Assembly: GCA_977017575.1 (NCBI GenBank) | Contig: CDRNVI010000009.1 | Span: 62,001-126,000, forward strand | Length of the DNA: 64,000 nt | Reading direction: 5' to 3' | Origin: Paramoeba atlantica | Lineage: Eukaryota; Protista; Discosea | Part shown: positions 12,169 to 23,610 of the stretch, in pieces | How the letters are laid out: each line of letters opens with the position of its first letter | Position numbering within the stretch: position 1 is the first letter of the stretch | Position numbers and translations under genes: made by a program | The notes under the pieces: generated by a model | The model's input: only the letters and a program-made list of their open reading frames with translations | Database searches by the model: none | Told to the model about the DNA's origin: nothing

Positions 12169-12393
12169 TTGCTTTGTATGGCAACGCAAGACAGCATCAT
12201 ATTCCGGATAAAAAATCATGCTCTTATGTATGAGGCCGTTACTTGTTCGAAAGGTCATGAGCCACGGGTATGTACTCTTAAGGAAGAGCGTTGGCTATGC
12301 TCCGATAAAGAGTGCCGCGGTAAAACATATTTTTTGGAACCTCTACTGACGGCCGCACATAGGAGCACCGCAAACCAGGTTTTTAAAGTCTAA
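12169..12393 (+). pseudogene. Possible N-terminal zinc-ribbon fragment of a Merlin transposase
   Basis: TCSKGH...RWLCSDKEC pattern; recognised by resemblance only. Confidence 0.35.
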
Positions 12394-13737
12394 TACGGTA
12401 TCACTTCTGTAGCCGGATACAGATCTCAACGGAGAACGGACTTGGGGCAAAAGCGATCATTCGGCTGACAAACAACCCTTTGAGTCGTGCTCTCGAACAA
12501 TGAAAATCTAAAAAATGAAAGAGAAAAATGAAAATTGAAACTTTTTCCAATTCCTTTCCAAAACATTTCAAAAAATTCCGCATTAAAAGGGGGATCACAG
12601 TACTACAGTATATCCACAGCCGTATTCACTGGGGATTATCTTCGGATTTAAGCGGAAATTAATGATTAATTGGCTTTTACACACTTCTTTATGCGCAGAG
12701 AATATCAACATGTATGTATCAACATGTAGATATGCAGATAGTACTGTGACACCCCCTTAATATGCACAAATTTCGGTGAAAGGGAACCTTTTTCAACGCC
12801 AAAAAAACTTAATTTTTTTCACGGTGGTTGCGCAGACAAAATTTCAGTATTTTCCATATGATTAAGCATCATATTTTTGCTACTTACACGACTCCGCTCT
12901 ATCATGTTTCCTTGCACAGGCTGTAAAATGTATGACCGCAACACTTTTTGTAGTTAGGAACCTTGGATGACGTGATGATAGAAGCCTGTACCGTACGATG
13001 TGAATTAAGTTCTTGTAATCCGTTACACTATTTTCCCCACTTCTCCCACCAATAAGCGATGCCATACGCAATTAACAGTTCAACAAAAATGGAACGTGTG
13101 CCATTCTATCACAACGAATCAATCGTATATGAGCATTTTTTCCCTTACTTTCTTCAAAATTTGCATCCCCCTATTTAATTGCCCTTTTTCACGAAAGCGG
13201 TGACGATTAAGTAGGAGGGGGTACAGTAAATATTTTAATATTTAATACTCCCCCTGTCATTAATAATGATAATGATAATCCTCAAGAATGTTAAATTTTT
13301 TGAGATTATTATTATCATTATCATTATTAATGGCTGGGGGAATACATCGTTTTCGACAAAAAAACACGATTTTCAGGCCAAAACTGCGAAATTTTAACCC
13401 GAATTTGGGCAGCTTTTGACACCTTACCAATAGTTTTTTAGTTCAAAAAACGTTTTTTAAGACACAAAATTTTTTGTAAGAAAATCCTGCGTGCATGAAA
13501 ATAAGTTGATAATTTTTTAAGAGTCTTCACCACATAGAATAATAATTTTTTTTAAGATTATCAGTATTAATGACAGGGGGAGTATGTGAGGGGCTGCGGG
13601 TACTTCGACCGAGACCGCACCGAGACCGCGGTTTCTATTTAGTATTTTCGGTGGGGAGAGATAGAAAAACAGGCAAAAGTTTACATTTTTTTTATTTTTG
13701 TGTGGAATTTCCAATTCGGTGTACGCTTCTAGCTCTA

Positions 13738-14474
13738 CACTAGTAATCAGCTATAAGCCCCCCCCTCGAATTTTGAAAAACAGGTCTGCTTTTTACCATC
13801 TTTTTTTATTTGAACATGTAGAGAATTTTACATAGATGCGTTTCCCGCCTTTTAAACTGGTTTTTTTCGACTCATTAGGATTGAATTCTTTTTAGAAAAA
13901 AATGATCGGAAGAAATGTTTTTTTTTACAAAAATGTTCCATTTTTTGATATATTTACCAGGTAAAACCCCATAAATGCAATCACTGCAGGAAAAGAAGCT
14001 TACACAAAGACAAGCTTAATATCCAGTATTCCACTCCCTGCTCTCCAGAACCTTGTTCATACGTTTTAAGTACTCTGAACGCCTTTTTTTCCATCGTACA
14101 TTTTTACCCTTTTTCGTACGGTATTTTTATCAACTTTATATGTTTGGAGATGAAAGTGGTGGAGGCACCGCATTTTTGCGGCACGCGCATTGCAAGCGTC
14201 GTACGCTCCGAGTTGAGGTAACTTGACCTGTGGTTCCTCACCATGTGCACAAAAAGGGTAGTGTCAATGAGAAAAAAAGGGAAAATTTTACTGTACATTG
14301 GAAAATCTCATTTTTGACCAGTATTTTGAGTGCCAAAAGCGTATACTAAGTTTCTAAAAACCAAGACCGGCAAAGATAGGCTAGGGATCGAGATCTCTCG
14401 TTTACCGCTGGAATTAGGTCAAACGGACGCGTGACCTGAAAATAAAGGGGGGGACTTATAGCTGGATGATAGTG
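13738..14474 (-). mobile_element. Non-autonomous Tc1/mariner element, copy A
   Basis: TA|CACTAGTAATCAGCTATAAG...CTTATAGCTGGATGATAGTG|TA. Inverted near-copy of 15408-16161. Confidence 0.85.
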
Positions 14475-14993
14475 TATTTTCCTTTGTTTCCTTCTCTGAA
14501 TCATTTTCATCCTTTACTTCCTTGGAGAGGCAACCGCCGACCCTGAAGCGTACCTTCAAGAAGACCCTCTCTTTTCCCCCCCATCGCCAAGGTGAAGTGG
14601 GCGACTTTGTGGACAGCGTGTGGCGCTCTGTTTCCGGGAAGCGGTCTCGCGTTTGCCAGCAGTGGCGTCAGCGCCAGCGGACCGCTTCTCGACAAAGTGA
14701 ATCAAGCAGCGGGGCTGAAGCCTCACCACCACCCCCAGAATACAATCCTCCCTCGTATTCGGTGGCCAGCCCGATCGCTACTTCGAATCGTTCGGTTCGT
14801 TTCCCGGCCTTGTAGGTGTGCTCCACATGAGACTGTAGAAAGTACGAAGGTAGGACGGCAGAAAGTAATACGGCAAGTTAGAAGGCAAGGTAAGGTAAAG
14901 CATTTTCTTTCTCACTACTGTTCTGTTCAATTTTCCCTAATTTCTAGCTCATTCCACTAATTGCTATTTCATTAAATCATTTCCGCCCAAATA

Positions 14994-15117
14994 CACCTCT
15001 TAAAGGATAACAGTCCCCCTCCTTCATTTTTGCGTCATGCGAGCTTTTGACCTAATTCCTTCGGCAATCGATAGATCTCGAAATTTGTCGTACGTTTGCC
15101 GAAGGAATCAGCGTAAA
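14994..15117 (+). repeat. Solo left end of the CACCCC-TIR Tc1-like family
   Basis: Direct repeat of 15229-15350. Confidence 0.8.
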
Positions 15118-15407
15118 AAAATTGAAAATGTATAAATTAGCAGATAGGTTTGTAAAGAAGTTGCCTGCGGTCATTCCAACAAAAATGCCGTTTCATGAAC
15201 TGGAGACCTTGACGGCACGCTTGATATACACCCCTTAAAGGATAACAGTCCCCCCCTTTCATTTTTGCGTCATGCGAGCTTTTGACCTAATTCCTTCGGC
15301 ATTCGATGGATCTTGAAATTTGTCGCACGTTTGCCGAAGGAATCAGCGTAGAAAAACTCAAGAGAAAAAAATGAGATTAAAAATCAGGGGTCTCAAAATA
15401 TATTATA

Positions 15408-16161
15408 CACTATCGTTCAGCTATAAGTCCACCCCCATTATTTTTGGGTCGCGCGTCCGTTTGACCTAATTCCAGCGGCAAACGAGAGATCTCGATCCCT
15501 AGCCTATCTTTGCCGGTCTTCGTTTTTTGTAAGAACTTAATATACGCTTTTGGCACTCAAAATACTGGTCAAAAATGAGATTTTCCAATGTACAGTCAAA
15601 ATTTCCCTTTTTTTCTCATTGACACTACCCGTTTTACACCCATGGTGAGGAACCACAGGTCGAGTTACCTCAACTCGGAGCGTACGACGCTCGCAATGCG
15701 CATTTCGTTTGTTATTGAACGAAAATGCGGTGCTCCCACCACTTCCATCTCTAAAAAATATAAAGTTGATAAAAATACCGTACAAAGATGGGTAAAAATG
15801 TACAATGAGAAAAAAATGTGTTCAGAGTACTTAAAGCGTATGAACAAGGTGTTGGAGAGCGGGGGTTGGAATATTGGGTGTTAAGCTTGTCTTTGCGTAA
15901 TCTTCTTTTCCTGCAGTGATTGCATTTATGGTGTTTTACCTGGTAAATATATCAAAAAATGGAACATTTATGTAAAAAAATCATTTGTTCGGCTCATGTT
16001 TTTCAATACATAATTCGATCTTAATGAGTCGAGAAAAACCAGTTTAAACGTCGGGAAACGCACCTATGTAAAATTCTCTACACGTTCAAAAAAAGATGAT
16101 AAAAAACAGACCTGTTTTTCAAAATTCGAGGGGGGGGAGGACTTATAGCTGATTGTTAGTG
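15408..16161 (+). mobile_element. Non-autonomous Tc1/mariner element, copy B
   Basis: TA flanks, TIRs as in copy A, and an HTH remnant (SISKKYKVDKNTVQRWVKMY). Confidence 0.85.
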
Positions 16162-16302
16162 TATATATATATTTATAGTATTTGAAAAAAAATTATAGTA
16201 CTATATAGTACTATCCGTAAATAACTCGGTGTACTGTGTATAAGTAATGTAGTAAATAGAGCAACTTGGTTTTATTTTCCTATTGTAGATCTTTGTTCTA
16301 CT

Positions 16303-17259
16303 ATGCACAGTACACCGAGTTATTTACGAAAGATTGCTATTGAAAAACTTGAAAACGGATTTTCACTTCGTAGAGTGGCCGCCGATTTAAACTTAAGCGC
16401 AGGAAATGTCAGCCGCATTAAAAATAAATATCTTCCATCGCTATCTAGACAACCAACCGGTCGCCCACGTAAGCTGAGTGATACTTGCCGTAGGCGCGTC
16501 CGCCGTCTCATCACTAGCGGCGCCGCAAAAGACGCAGTTGCCGCCAGCAAAAGGTTGAGAGACGAAGGTATTGCGGATGTTTGCCCGGAAACCATTCGGG
16601 TTTCCTTTCGTCAGCGTGGTATGAAGGGAAAGAAGAGGGTCAAGAAGCCCTACCTTACGAAACGTCACAAGGCTCTACGTCTTGCTTTTGCAAGAAAGTA
16701 CGAGCATTGGACGCACGCCGACTGGGGCCGTGTACTTTTCACGGATGAAACGAAGATCTGCCGTTTCGAGTCGAATGGTAGCCGGTGGGTTTGGGTAGAC
16801 TTTGGGGAGGAGCTGTCTGAGCGAAACACACAAGGTATGCTCAAGTATGGTGGCGGCTCCATCATGATATGGGGTTGCATGATGGAGCACGGTGTGGGAA
16901 CCATTGAGCTGGTTCACGGGAATATGAACGCCGAGCGGTACGTTCAAATACTGCAACAAAATTTGCCCCCTTCCCTACAAAAGCTGAGTGTCACGAAGGA
17001 TCGGATCGTCTTCCAACAGGATAACGATCCGAAGCACACGAGTAAGAAGGCTCGCGATTTTTTAAATTCGCAGGAGCTGTGTGTGCTTGACTGGCCCCCT
17101 CAGTCTCCCGACTTAAACCCCATAGAAAACCTATGGGTTGAACTGAAAAAGGCAACGGCAGATTACCCCGACCTACCCGCAGGAATGATCGAGTTATGGG
17201 AACGGGCCCAAAAAGCATGGGCGAAAGTTCCTCCAAGTGCATGCCTCCCTCTTGTCTAA
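16303..17259 (+). CDS. Tc1-family DD34E transposase (C-terminus slightly short)
   Basis: HTH domain, LFTDET, QQDNDPKH and WPPQSPDLNPIE, with 34 residues between D and E. A probable right TIR ends at ~17603; no left TIR was found. Confidence 0.92.
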   Translation: MHSTPSYLRKIAIEKLENGFSLRRVAADLNLSAGNVSRIKNKYLPSLSRQPTGRPRKLSDTCRRRVRRLITSGAAKDAVAASKRLRDEGIADVCPETIRVSFRQRGMKGKKRVKKPYLTKRHKALRLAFARKYEHWTHADWGRVLFTDETKICRFESNGSRWVWVDFGEELSERNTQGMLKYGGGSIMIWGCMMEHGVGTIELVHGNMNAERYVQILQQNLPPSLQKLSVTKDRIVFQQDNDPKHTSKKARDFLNSQELCVLDWPPQSPDLNPIENLWVELKKATADYPDLPAGMIELWERAQKAWAKVPPSACLPLV

Positions 17260-18273
17260 AGCATGCCCCGTCGTTTGAGGGCAGTCATCAGGGCGAAGAG
17301 AGGACTTACTAAGTATTAAGTCTAAACCATTTTGGTCCATTAAGGGTGAAGCAATAGAACGTTTTCCTATAAAAAAACATGTTCGAAAAAAAGTCAAAAA
17401 AGTGTTCATATGTTGGACTGACATTATATCTTTCATAGTTTTTTGTAGTAAGATCGTTGATGAACTCAAAGTACGTGGGGATATAAGCACTACCCCAGCC
17501 TACACTACTACCATATACTACAGCATTATCCTCTGATTCTCTTTGGTAAAAAATAACATCATTAAAAAATGTCGAAACATTTGAACACTTTTTTGAGTTA
17601 CTGTATATAGTATTATAAATCTATAAAAATCTATAACAGGAAAAAGTGCTCAAAAACGTTTTGATGTTCTCTTTTTGCACGAATGGCACCAAGTACAAAG
17701 TGAGTTTATGGCAGGCTCAGTCAAATTTCTTATGTTTCGCGGCAGAAAACATATTTTTCAGCTTTTTTGATTGTGCTTCTTCCGCCAAAGGAAGAAAAGA
17801 AGTTACAAGGACTCTTTTTTGAGGGAAAAAATCATCCAAACCCGCAGAAAATCCTTCAAAAAATTATAGATTTTTATATATAGTATTTGAAAAATTATAA
17901 TACTATATAGTACTAAATTATAGATTTTGTAGATTTTGTAGATTTTCAGACCCCTGTTAAAAATACCGGTCAAAAATCGTCATTTTGGCGAAACACCATA
18001 CTTTTTCCCAAAAAAATAAGTTTATGTCACTATGGACCCATTACTTATGATATGCGTGTAAAAATTGTTGTGGAGTACAATAAGAGGGCTGAAACCACCT
18101 GGGTTTGCCTGGGTTTGCTAATTTTCTATATTGTATTAGGCAACTCAGTTTCTTCCTTGGCGAAAGGCACAGTATATTTTTTAATGCTCTTTAATAGTAG
18201 CTTCTTTAAAGTAACTTATTTTTCTTAGATTTTGTACTTATCCTGAACATACCACGATAGAATAATATAAAAA

Positions 18274-19050
18274 ATGCTTCACTACGATCTTCCGCCTGAC
18301 GACGATGAGTTTATCGTGAATGAGTTTTCCTCTCCGGATTCCGAGAAATATGCCTCCCTCAGAAAATGGGTGGTGTTTACGTTGCGAGAAACGTTTCGCA
18401 TCCCTCTTGTCCGGACGGAAAGCACAATGCAATGGCTCCGCATGAGCAAGGCAGAGAAAGATGCCATGAAATACGCTCCAGAGCGTTTGCCACCCCCAGA
18501 GCTCATGTACCGCATGGAAGATAACATTGTCTCTCTGTGCGTCAAGTGGGTGACAGATAGGCTTCGCCTGATTTCTGATGCTGAGAGTAACGCTTCAGAA
18601 ACACTATGCAACGTTACGATTGACGGCGACATTCTGATTCATGGGTTAGTAATCCTCACTAAAGCCCGTACAACGGGACTGCTCTACTTCAAGGATTCCG
18701 AGCGCTCCGAAATTCACGGCGTTCGAGAGGAGGAGATGCCTGCGTATTGGCGTTGGAAGGTGACCGAGACTTGGTCCTTGGCAATTGAGGATCTACCTGC
18801 GGAAAGCATGGCCACTCACATGGTAGCTTTCTTGAAAGAAAAGTATAAAGGTGTATTCGAGAGCTCGAAGCGCGACCGAGAGCAACTAAGTGAGTGGTGT
18901 ACGACCATGTGGCGAAGCCACAACGTTCAAAGTGGTCAAAAGTACCGTGATCGAAGCAAGAAACTGAAAGAAAAAGTTGAAGTACCCACGACAGTGAGTG
19001 TCTGGCAAAAGCGGGAATTCCAGAATTTTTTCATCGCGTCGATGAATTAG
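18274..19050 (+). CDS. Hypothetical protein, possibly the accessory ORF of a Harbinger-like element
   Basis: 258-aa open frame that runs into the Harbinger transposase remnant. No recognisable domain. Confidence 0.4.
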   Translation: MLHYDLPPDDDEFIVNEFSSPDSEKYASLRKWVVFTLRETFRIPLVRTESTMQWLRMSKAEKDAMKYAPERLPPPELMYRMEDNIVSLCVKWVTDRLRLISDAESNASETLCNVTIDGDILIHGLVILTKARTTGLLYFKDSERSEIHGVREEEMPAYWRWKVTETWSLAIEDLPAESMATHMVAFLKEKYKGVFESSKRDREQLSEWCTTMWRSHNVQSGQKYRDRSKKLKEKVEVPTTVSVWQKREFQNFFIASMN

Positions 19051-19162
19051 TTATAGCTGATAAGGCCTACAAAAATGTTAGACACTGTCTTTGTCAGGAA
19101 ATCGGGTCCAACATAGATGAAGTCTACGACATGGAATTTCGTAGGATCCGAAACAGAGTCTA
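18981..19162 (+). pseudogene. PIF/Harbinger-like transposase remnant, part 1
   Basis: Manual translation STHDSECL...ELVIADKAY...EFRRIRNRV shows the HD and DxxY motifs. Interrupted by the hAT element at 19163. Confidence 0.75.
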
Positions 19163-19567
19163 CATAGTCTAACTAGTATTTTAGTATATACTATAGTATA
19201 TACTATGAGATACTACTTTTCGAAGGTGTCTATAATCTTATTAAGTGTCTATAGAAATGTAGTTTTTCCCTGTATATGAATGGAAAGATTTGTCTTTATT
19301 GCGACATTTAGGACTGGTACACAAGTATTGCTCAGCCTTTTTGTTTACACCTTATCACTTCCTTTAATCACCTTGTCACTCACTGTTTTAAATGACGCAA
19401 CGTTCAAAGAACTCGGAAAGCGCACCTTCAACCCCCACCCCCGAAAACACAAGAAAGCGACCGTCAGCACGGGAGCATCGCGAGAGAGTAGCCGCAATTA
19501 CGTCACAGTTAAAGGAGACACCTTCCCAAGTAGCGTTAAGTGCGTCCCTCTCTCCGCTTGAAGAGGA

Positions 19568-20991
19568 GGCGGATTGTCAACACCAACGCACCACTTTTTT
19601 TCCCAAAAAATAATTTTCTTGTCATTTCCAGTGCACCACTTTTTCTTAAAAACTGTATTCTCATTTCCAATGCACCATTAATTATTTAAAGAAGAATTAT
19701 TTTATAATATCCTTCGGATCTACACTACAAATGCGCCGTTATTCAAGACTCAGTCATTACGATCGTAATCGTATTCAATCACTCTTTACATCTGGCGAGA
19801 GTCGGCGAAGCATAGCTCGCATAATTGGCAAAAGTCACAGCACTGTTTGTCGCGAGTTGGCGCGTAATGCAAGAAGGGGTCAGCGCTATGAGGGGACGAG
19901 GGCACAGCGCATTTCGAAAAGACGCCTCTCGTGTAAAAAGGTCAAGCCTCACAAGATACAAGGCCTTTTGGAAGAGGAAGTCAGCTCTCGACTTCAAAAG
20001 AAGCACAGCCCGGAACAGATTGCAAATACGATCCGTAGCTGTCGTACCGCCTCGACTTCTACCATATATCGCCATATTCGTCGCAACGCGTCCTTAGGCG
20101 GCAAGTTGTACACCCATTTGCGGATCCGGCGAAAGAGGCCATACCGTCGTCGCACCAGACCTGATCGCAGCGCGATTCCCAACCGAACGCCACTTGAAAA
20201 TCGACCAGAAATTGTTAATAAGCGTCGGCGCTACGGCGATTGGGAAGCAGACTTGGTCGAGGGTCGAGGACATACCGGATATATTCTTACCCTGTGCGAG
20301 CGTAAGAGTCGCTTCCTTGTTCTTCGCAAGTTGGAATCTAAGCACGCGAAGGGGGTAAGCAAACAAATTGTAGACGGGTTAAAGAATTACAAGGTTCAAA
20401 CAATCACATACGACAACGGAACAGAATTCTGGCACCATGAAGAAGTAAACAAAAAATTAAAATGCAAGTCTTTCTTTTGCGCTCCATATCATTCGTGGGA
20501 GAAAGGGTCTGTGGAACATGCAAACGGTTTGATCCGACAATTCCATCAGAAAACCGAATCTTTTGAGAATTTGAACCAAAGTGAATTAAACAAAACAGCA
20601 TTGGAATTGAACACTCGTCCTCGGAAATTATTAAATTATCGTTCTCCAATGGATTTTGTGAATGAACTGCGTAAGTAAAAGAAGCTAAGTAAGCAAAGGT
20701 ACGTGAGAAAGCTTGTAAAGTTAGTCTGTTAGTGTTGGAAATTTAATGACAATAAATTTAAGCATTTTGTAAAGGTGAAGAAATTCTTGTCTAATAAAGT
20801 TTCTTACTCAGATCTTACACTTGTATTACACTTTCTTTAAATACTCTGGATAAGTTTTTATGTTGAAAGGAAAAAGGAACGATGTTCAACTATGGTGAGG
20901 CGCAGAAAAAAGGAATGACGGTCGACTATGGTGAAAAAAGTGGTGCGCTGGAGTTGACAATGGGGTGGTGCACTGGAGTTGAACATCCGGG
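19568..20991 (+). mobile_element. IS30-family insertion element (1424 bp)
   Basis: Imperfect TIRs: the left end matches the outer right repeat at 20/27 and the inner right repeat at 26/28. GGA direct repeat at 19565-19567 and 20992-20994. Confidence 0.88.
19731..20678 (+). CDS. IS30-family DDE transposase, intact
   Basis: 315 aa. HTH (RSIARIIGKSHSTVCRELARN), SPEQIA, STIYR, GDWEADLV, ITYDNGTEF, PYHSWEKGSVEHANGLIRQ; D-33-E spacing. Confidence 0.96.
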   Translation: MRRYSRLSHYDRNRIQSLFTSGESRRSIARIIGKSHSTVCRELARNARRGQRYEGTRAQRISKRRLSCKKVKPHKIQGLLEEEVSSRLQKKHSPEQIANTIRSCRTASTSTIYRHIRRNASLGGKLYTHLRIRRKRPYRRRTRPDRSAIPNRTPLENRPEIVNKRRRYGDWEADLVEGRGHTGYILTLCERKSRFLVLRKLESKHAKGVSKQIVDGLKNYKVQTITYDNGTEFWHHEEVNKKLKCKSFFCAPYHSWEKGSVEHANGLIRQFHQKTESFENLNQSELNKTALELNTRPRKLLNYRSPMDFVNELRK

Positions 20992-23610
20992 GGAGAATGC
21001 TCTCCAGAGAAAGAGAAAAAGCAACTGCGGGAACGATCCACTCGCTTGTGGAAGCCTCCGTCGACAGCAGCAATTAACGTACGAGCGATGCGATCTCGGC
21101 GTTGAGTCCTCTGGAAAATTGTGCCTCGAGTGGGCTCGGAAAAATGTCTCAGGCATCCGGAATGATACTATGGGCCACTCACAGCATGTTCGATGTAAAG
21201 TATGTGGGTGGGTGACCCATAGCAAGGGGGAGAATTTTTGTTATAAACATTTGAAAGAGTGCTGCTCGAAGGCGCAGCAGGGGATGGAAGACTCCAGTGA
21301 AGTTGCAAATCCCAAGTCGCTAGAGGAGTACATCTTCGAAGCTCTCCCATGTTTCGCAGCTCAGAGCAATCTTTCTACCGAAGGATTCCTCGAGTGCGTA
21401 AAGAACTTATTTCAAGAATTTCCCCCCGACATACATCCTTCAGAAGCTGCATCGATCCTTCCTTCTCCTCGCGAATTTCATATCAGTGAACGTTGAATTG
21501 CCGACATGATCTGGGAAGACATTCGACGAACCATAGATGGAGCTAAATTCTTTGGCCTCGCCATCGACGATGGAGTTGACAGGGTTCTTAGCGAACATGT
21601 ACTTATCGCCATTTTGTATGTTGTGGATCGCCACTTTATTCTCCCACCTATCTACCACCCTAAGCACAAATCATTTAACGGTAGCGAGATGGCACAATTC
21701 CTGATAGAAGTACTTCGGTCATGCCTCTCCGAGAGCCGACTCCTAAAGTTGCGATTCATAATGGCAGACGGAGCCCCAGTAAATAATGTGGCTAGGCAGG
21801 AAATAGAAACCACTATGTTAGGCATTCGTGACTCTCTTGTTTCCGCAGAGGAAGAATTTTACTCGCGCCTCAGCTCTATCGGAAGCACGGACCGGGAGAA
21901 CATTGTAATTGGCGTGACGAAGCACTGTCCACGTGTCGCGCTATTACCATGCTTCGGACACTTGTTTCATAATATGGCCAAAGATGCAGTGCAGCACTAC
22001 GCAAATCTGCCAATTATGAAAGTAAGAACATACTTCTCCAGGATTTTCTATGCAGGGGACCGTGTGGGGGCAAAGAAGGGGAAGTATTTCGGAAAAGCTC
22101 TTGAAGATATATTAAGCGCCTTTGACGAAGAGACTCAAAAAGCTGAATCGTACTTTAAATCTTTTTATCGTTCTGTGAACAGCGAAAAACTTGACAAGAG
22201 GGGTCGCAGGGACACCATAGCTCATCTCAAGGAAGCATTGCAAACTCTCTCGAAAGTATCTTTAAAGGCACGCGATGTGTTTGCCGAACTGAATCAAACT
22301 CTGGAAATGGAAGACCAATGTGAGATTCTAATTGCGAAAGGTGCTAGTGTGCTGAAATCCATTGCACATTCTCATGAAATTCGAGCCGTCACTTCTCCCA
22401 AACTTGGCGGGGTCACGCGGTGGCTCGCGGATAAATTCGAAAGCATGAGGTTTTTGGCTGATCAGTTGCCTACTGTCCCATCCTTCATAAAAAGTGAACT
22501 GGAAACTCTGCGAGCCCCTCAATCTGTCCACCATTTGGCTGATTTGTTCGAAAACAACTCTTTGAACGACTTGATGCAGTCTGCGAAGGATTTCCTGAAA
22601 GACTGTATGCCGTTACGCATCGCACAAGAAAAATTCTCTGACATGCAGGATCGTCCTATGGCAACTCTTGTTCATCCAACTTTGCGACAGCTTGTCGAGT
22701 CTGCTGAGAATTCACCCAGGCATTTCTTAGAGTCGATACATCGGCACGTCAATAGAGTATGCTCAAACCACGAGATGAAGGTATGGGCAGCTGTGATGTG
22801 GTTTTCGCCTGAGTGGATCGTCTTATCCGCTCGACCTCGCAAGAAGGAATCCCTTTCAGTGGAATGGATAAATGATTTGTTGGGAACTGGCGACCCGATT
22901 TTCGACATTACTATTGAGGAATGGAGTACGTACGTAAACTGCGACGATTACCAGTGGACACCCGGCATGAGCGATCTTGAGTGGTGGCAAACACTTGGGT
23001 TGAAACATTTTCCGACAATTTTTGAAGCTGCATTGCATTACCTATGGCTTCCTCCGCTAGTGACGGCATGTGACTCTATCCTTTCGGTGCTTTCCTGGAA
23101 ATATTGTGCCCGTCAAGCTCGCATTGGAACAGATGTTGTAGCGACACAAATGTTTCTTCGCGGAAACGAGAACCCGCTACCGTATCGTACAAGTCGTGCA
23201 AAAAAGGCGGCAAAGCGTGGATCTGACATGGAACACTCCATATAAAATAATATCGAACTACATGGCGCACAGAGTATCATACATATAGAGTATCGTAGCA
23301 TACAGGGTATACATTGCGGTAAATATCAATTGAATTGCGGTAAATATAATATGTGGTAATATTGCGATAATATTCGTACGTCCAGAGCTCCGTTTTGTGG
23401 TATTTCTTCTCCGTATCTGAGATATTTTTCTCTGTTTTTTTTCTCAGTGTTCAACAAGCGAAATACTTTTTTCGTCCACAGCAACGGTTTATTGTACTAT
23501 TATGCACTATGTATTGACGTCGGAACTGGGTTCTGTGGTTTAACTCAGTGTCGTGTAAGTCCTTGAAGTATTCCTTCAGGTATCTTTATCAATTCAGAAT
23601 GGAATTTCAA

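Larger units (their letters stand above)
15385..17956. mobile_element. Non-autonomous hAT element with 8-bp TSD, carrying two nested Tc1-type insertions
   Basis: TIRs CAGGGGTCTCAAAAT / ATTTTCAGACCCCTG. Perfect TSD TTAAAAAT at 15377-15384 and 17957-17964. Confidence 0.9.
19392..23245 (+). pseudogene. hAT transposase interrupted by IS30 and one in-frame TGA
   Basis: 19392-19567 joins 20995-21496 in frame once the IS is removed. TGA at 21494-21496 is in frame with ORF 21506-23245. Motifs: LAIDDG, IMADG, CFGH (CxxH), TRW and a C-terminal dimerisation region (WW..FPTI). Confidence 0.85.

Noticed and set aside
19731-20678. IS30 as simple bacterial contamination
   Set aside because: It has a TSD and restores a eukaryotic hAT reading frame on removal, with no other bacterial genes nearby. 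A read-level check is still advisable.
21494-21496. Repeated in-frame TGA stops (2674, 21494, 57471, ~57066) suggesting a reassigned genetic code
   Set aside because: They align with different residues (Ser, a hydrophobic residue, Gly, Cys) in decayed genes, and intact genes terminate normally, including with TGA. Ordinary nonsense mutation explains them.
23484-23512. GGTTTATTGTACTATTATG loosely resembles the spliced-leader core (GTTTCTGTACTATATTG), a known CRE target
   Set aside because: It needs several mismatches and an indel, there is no duplicated counterpart at the other end of the element, and no SL intron is recognisable.
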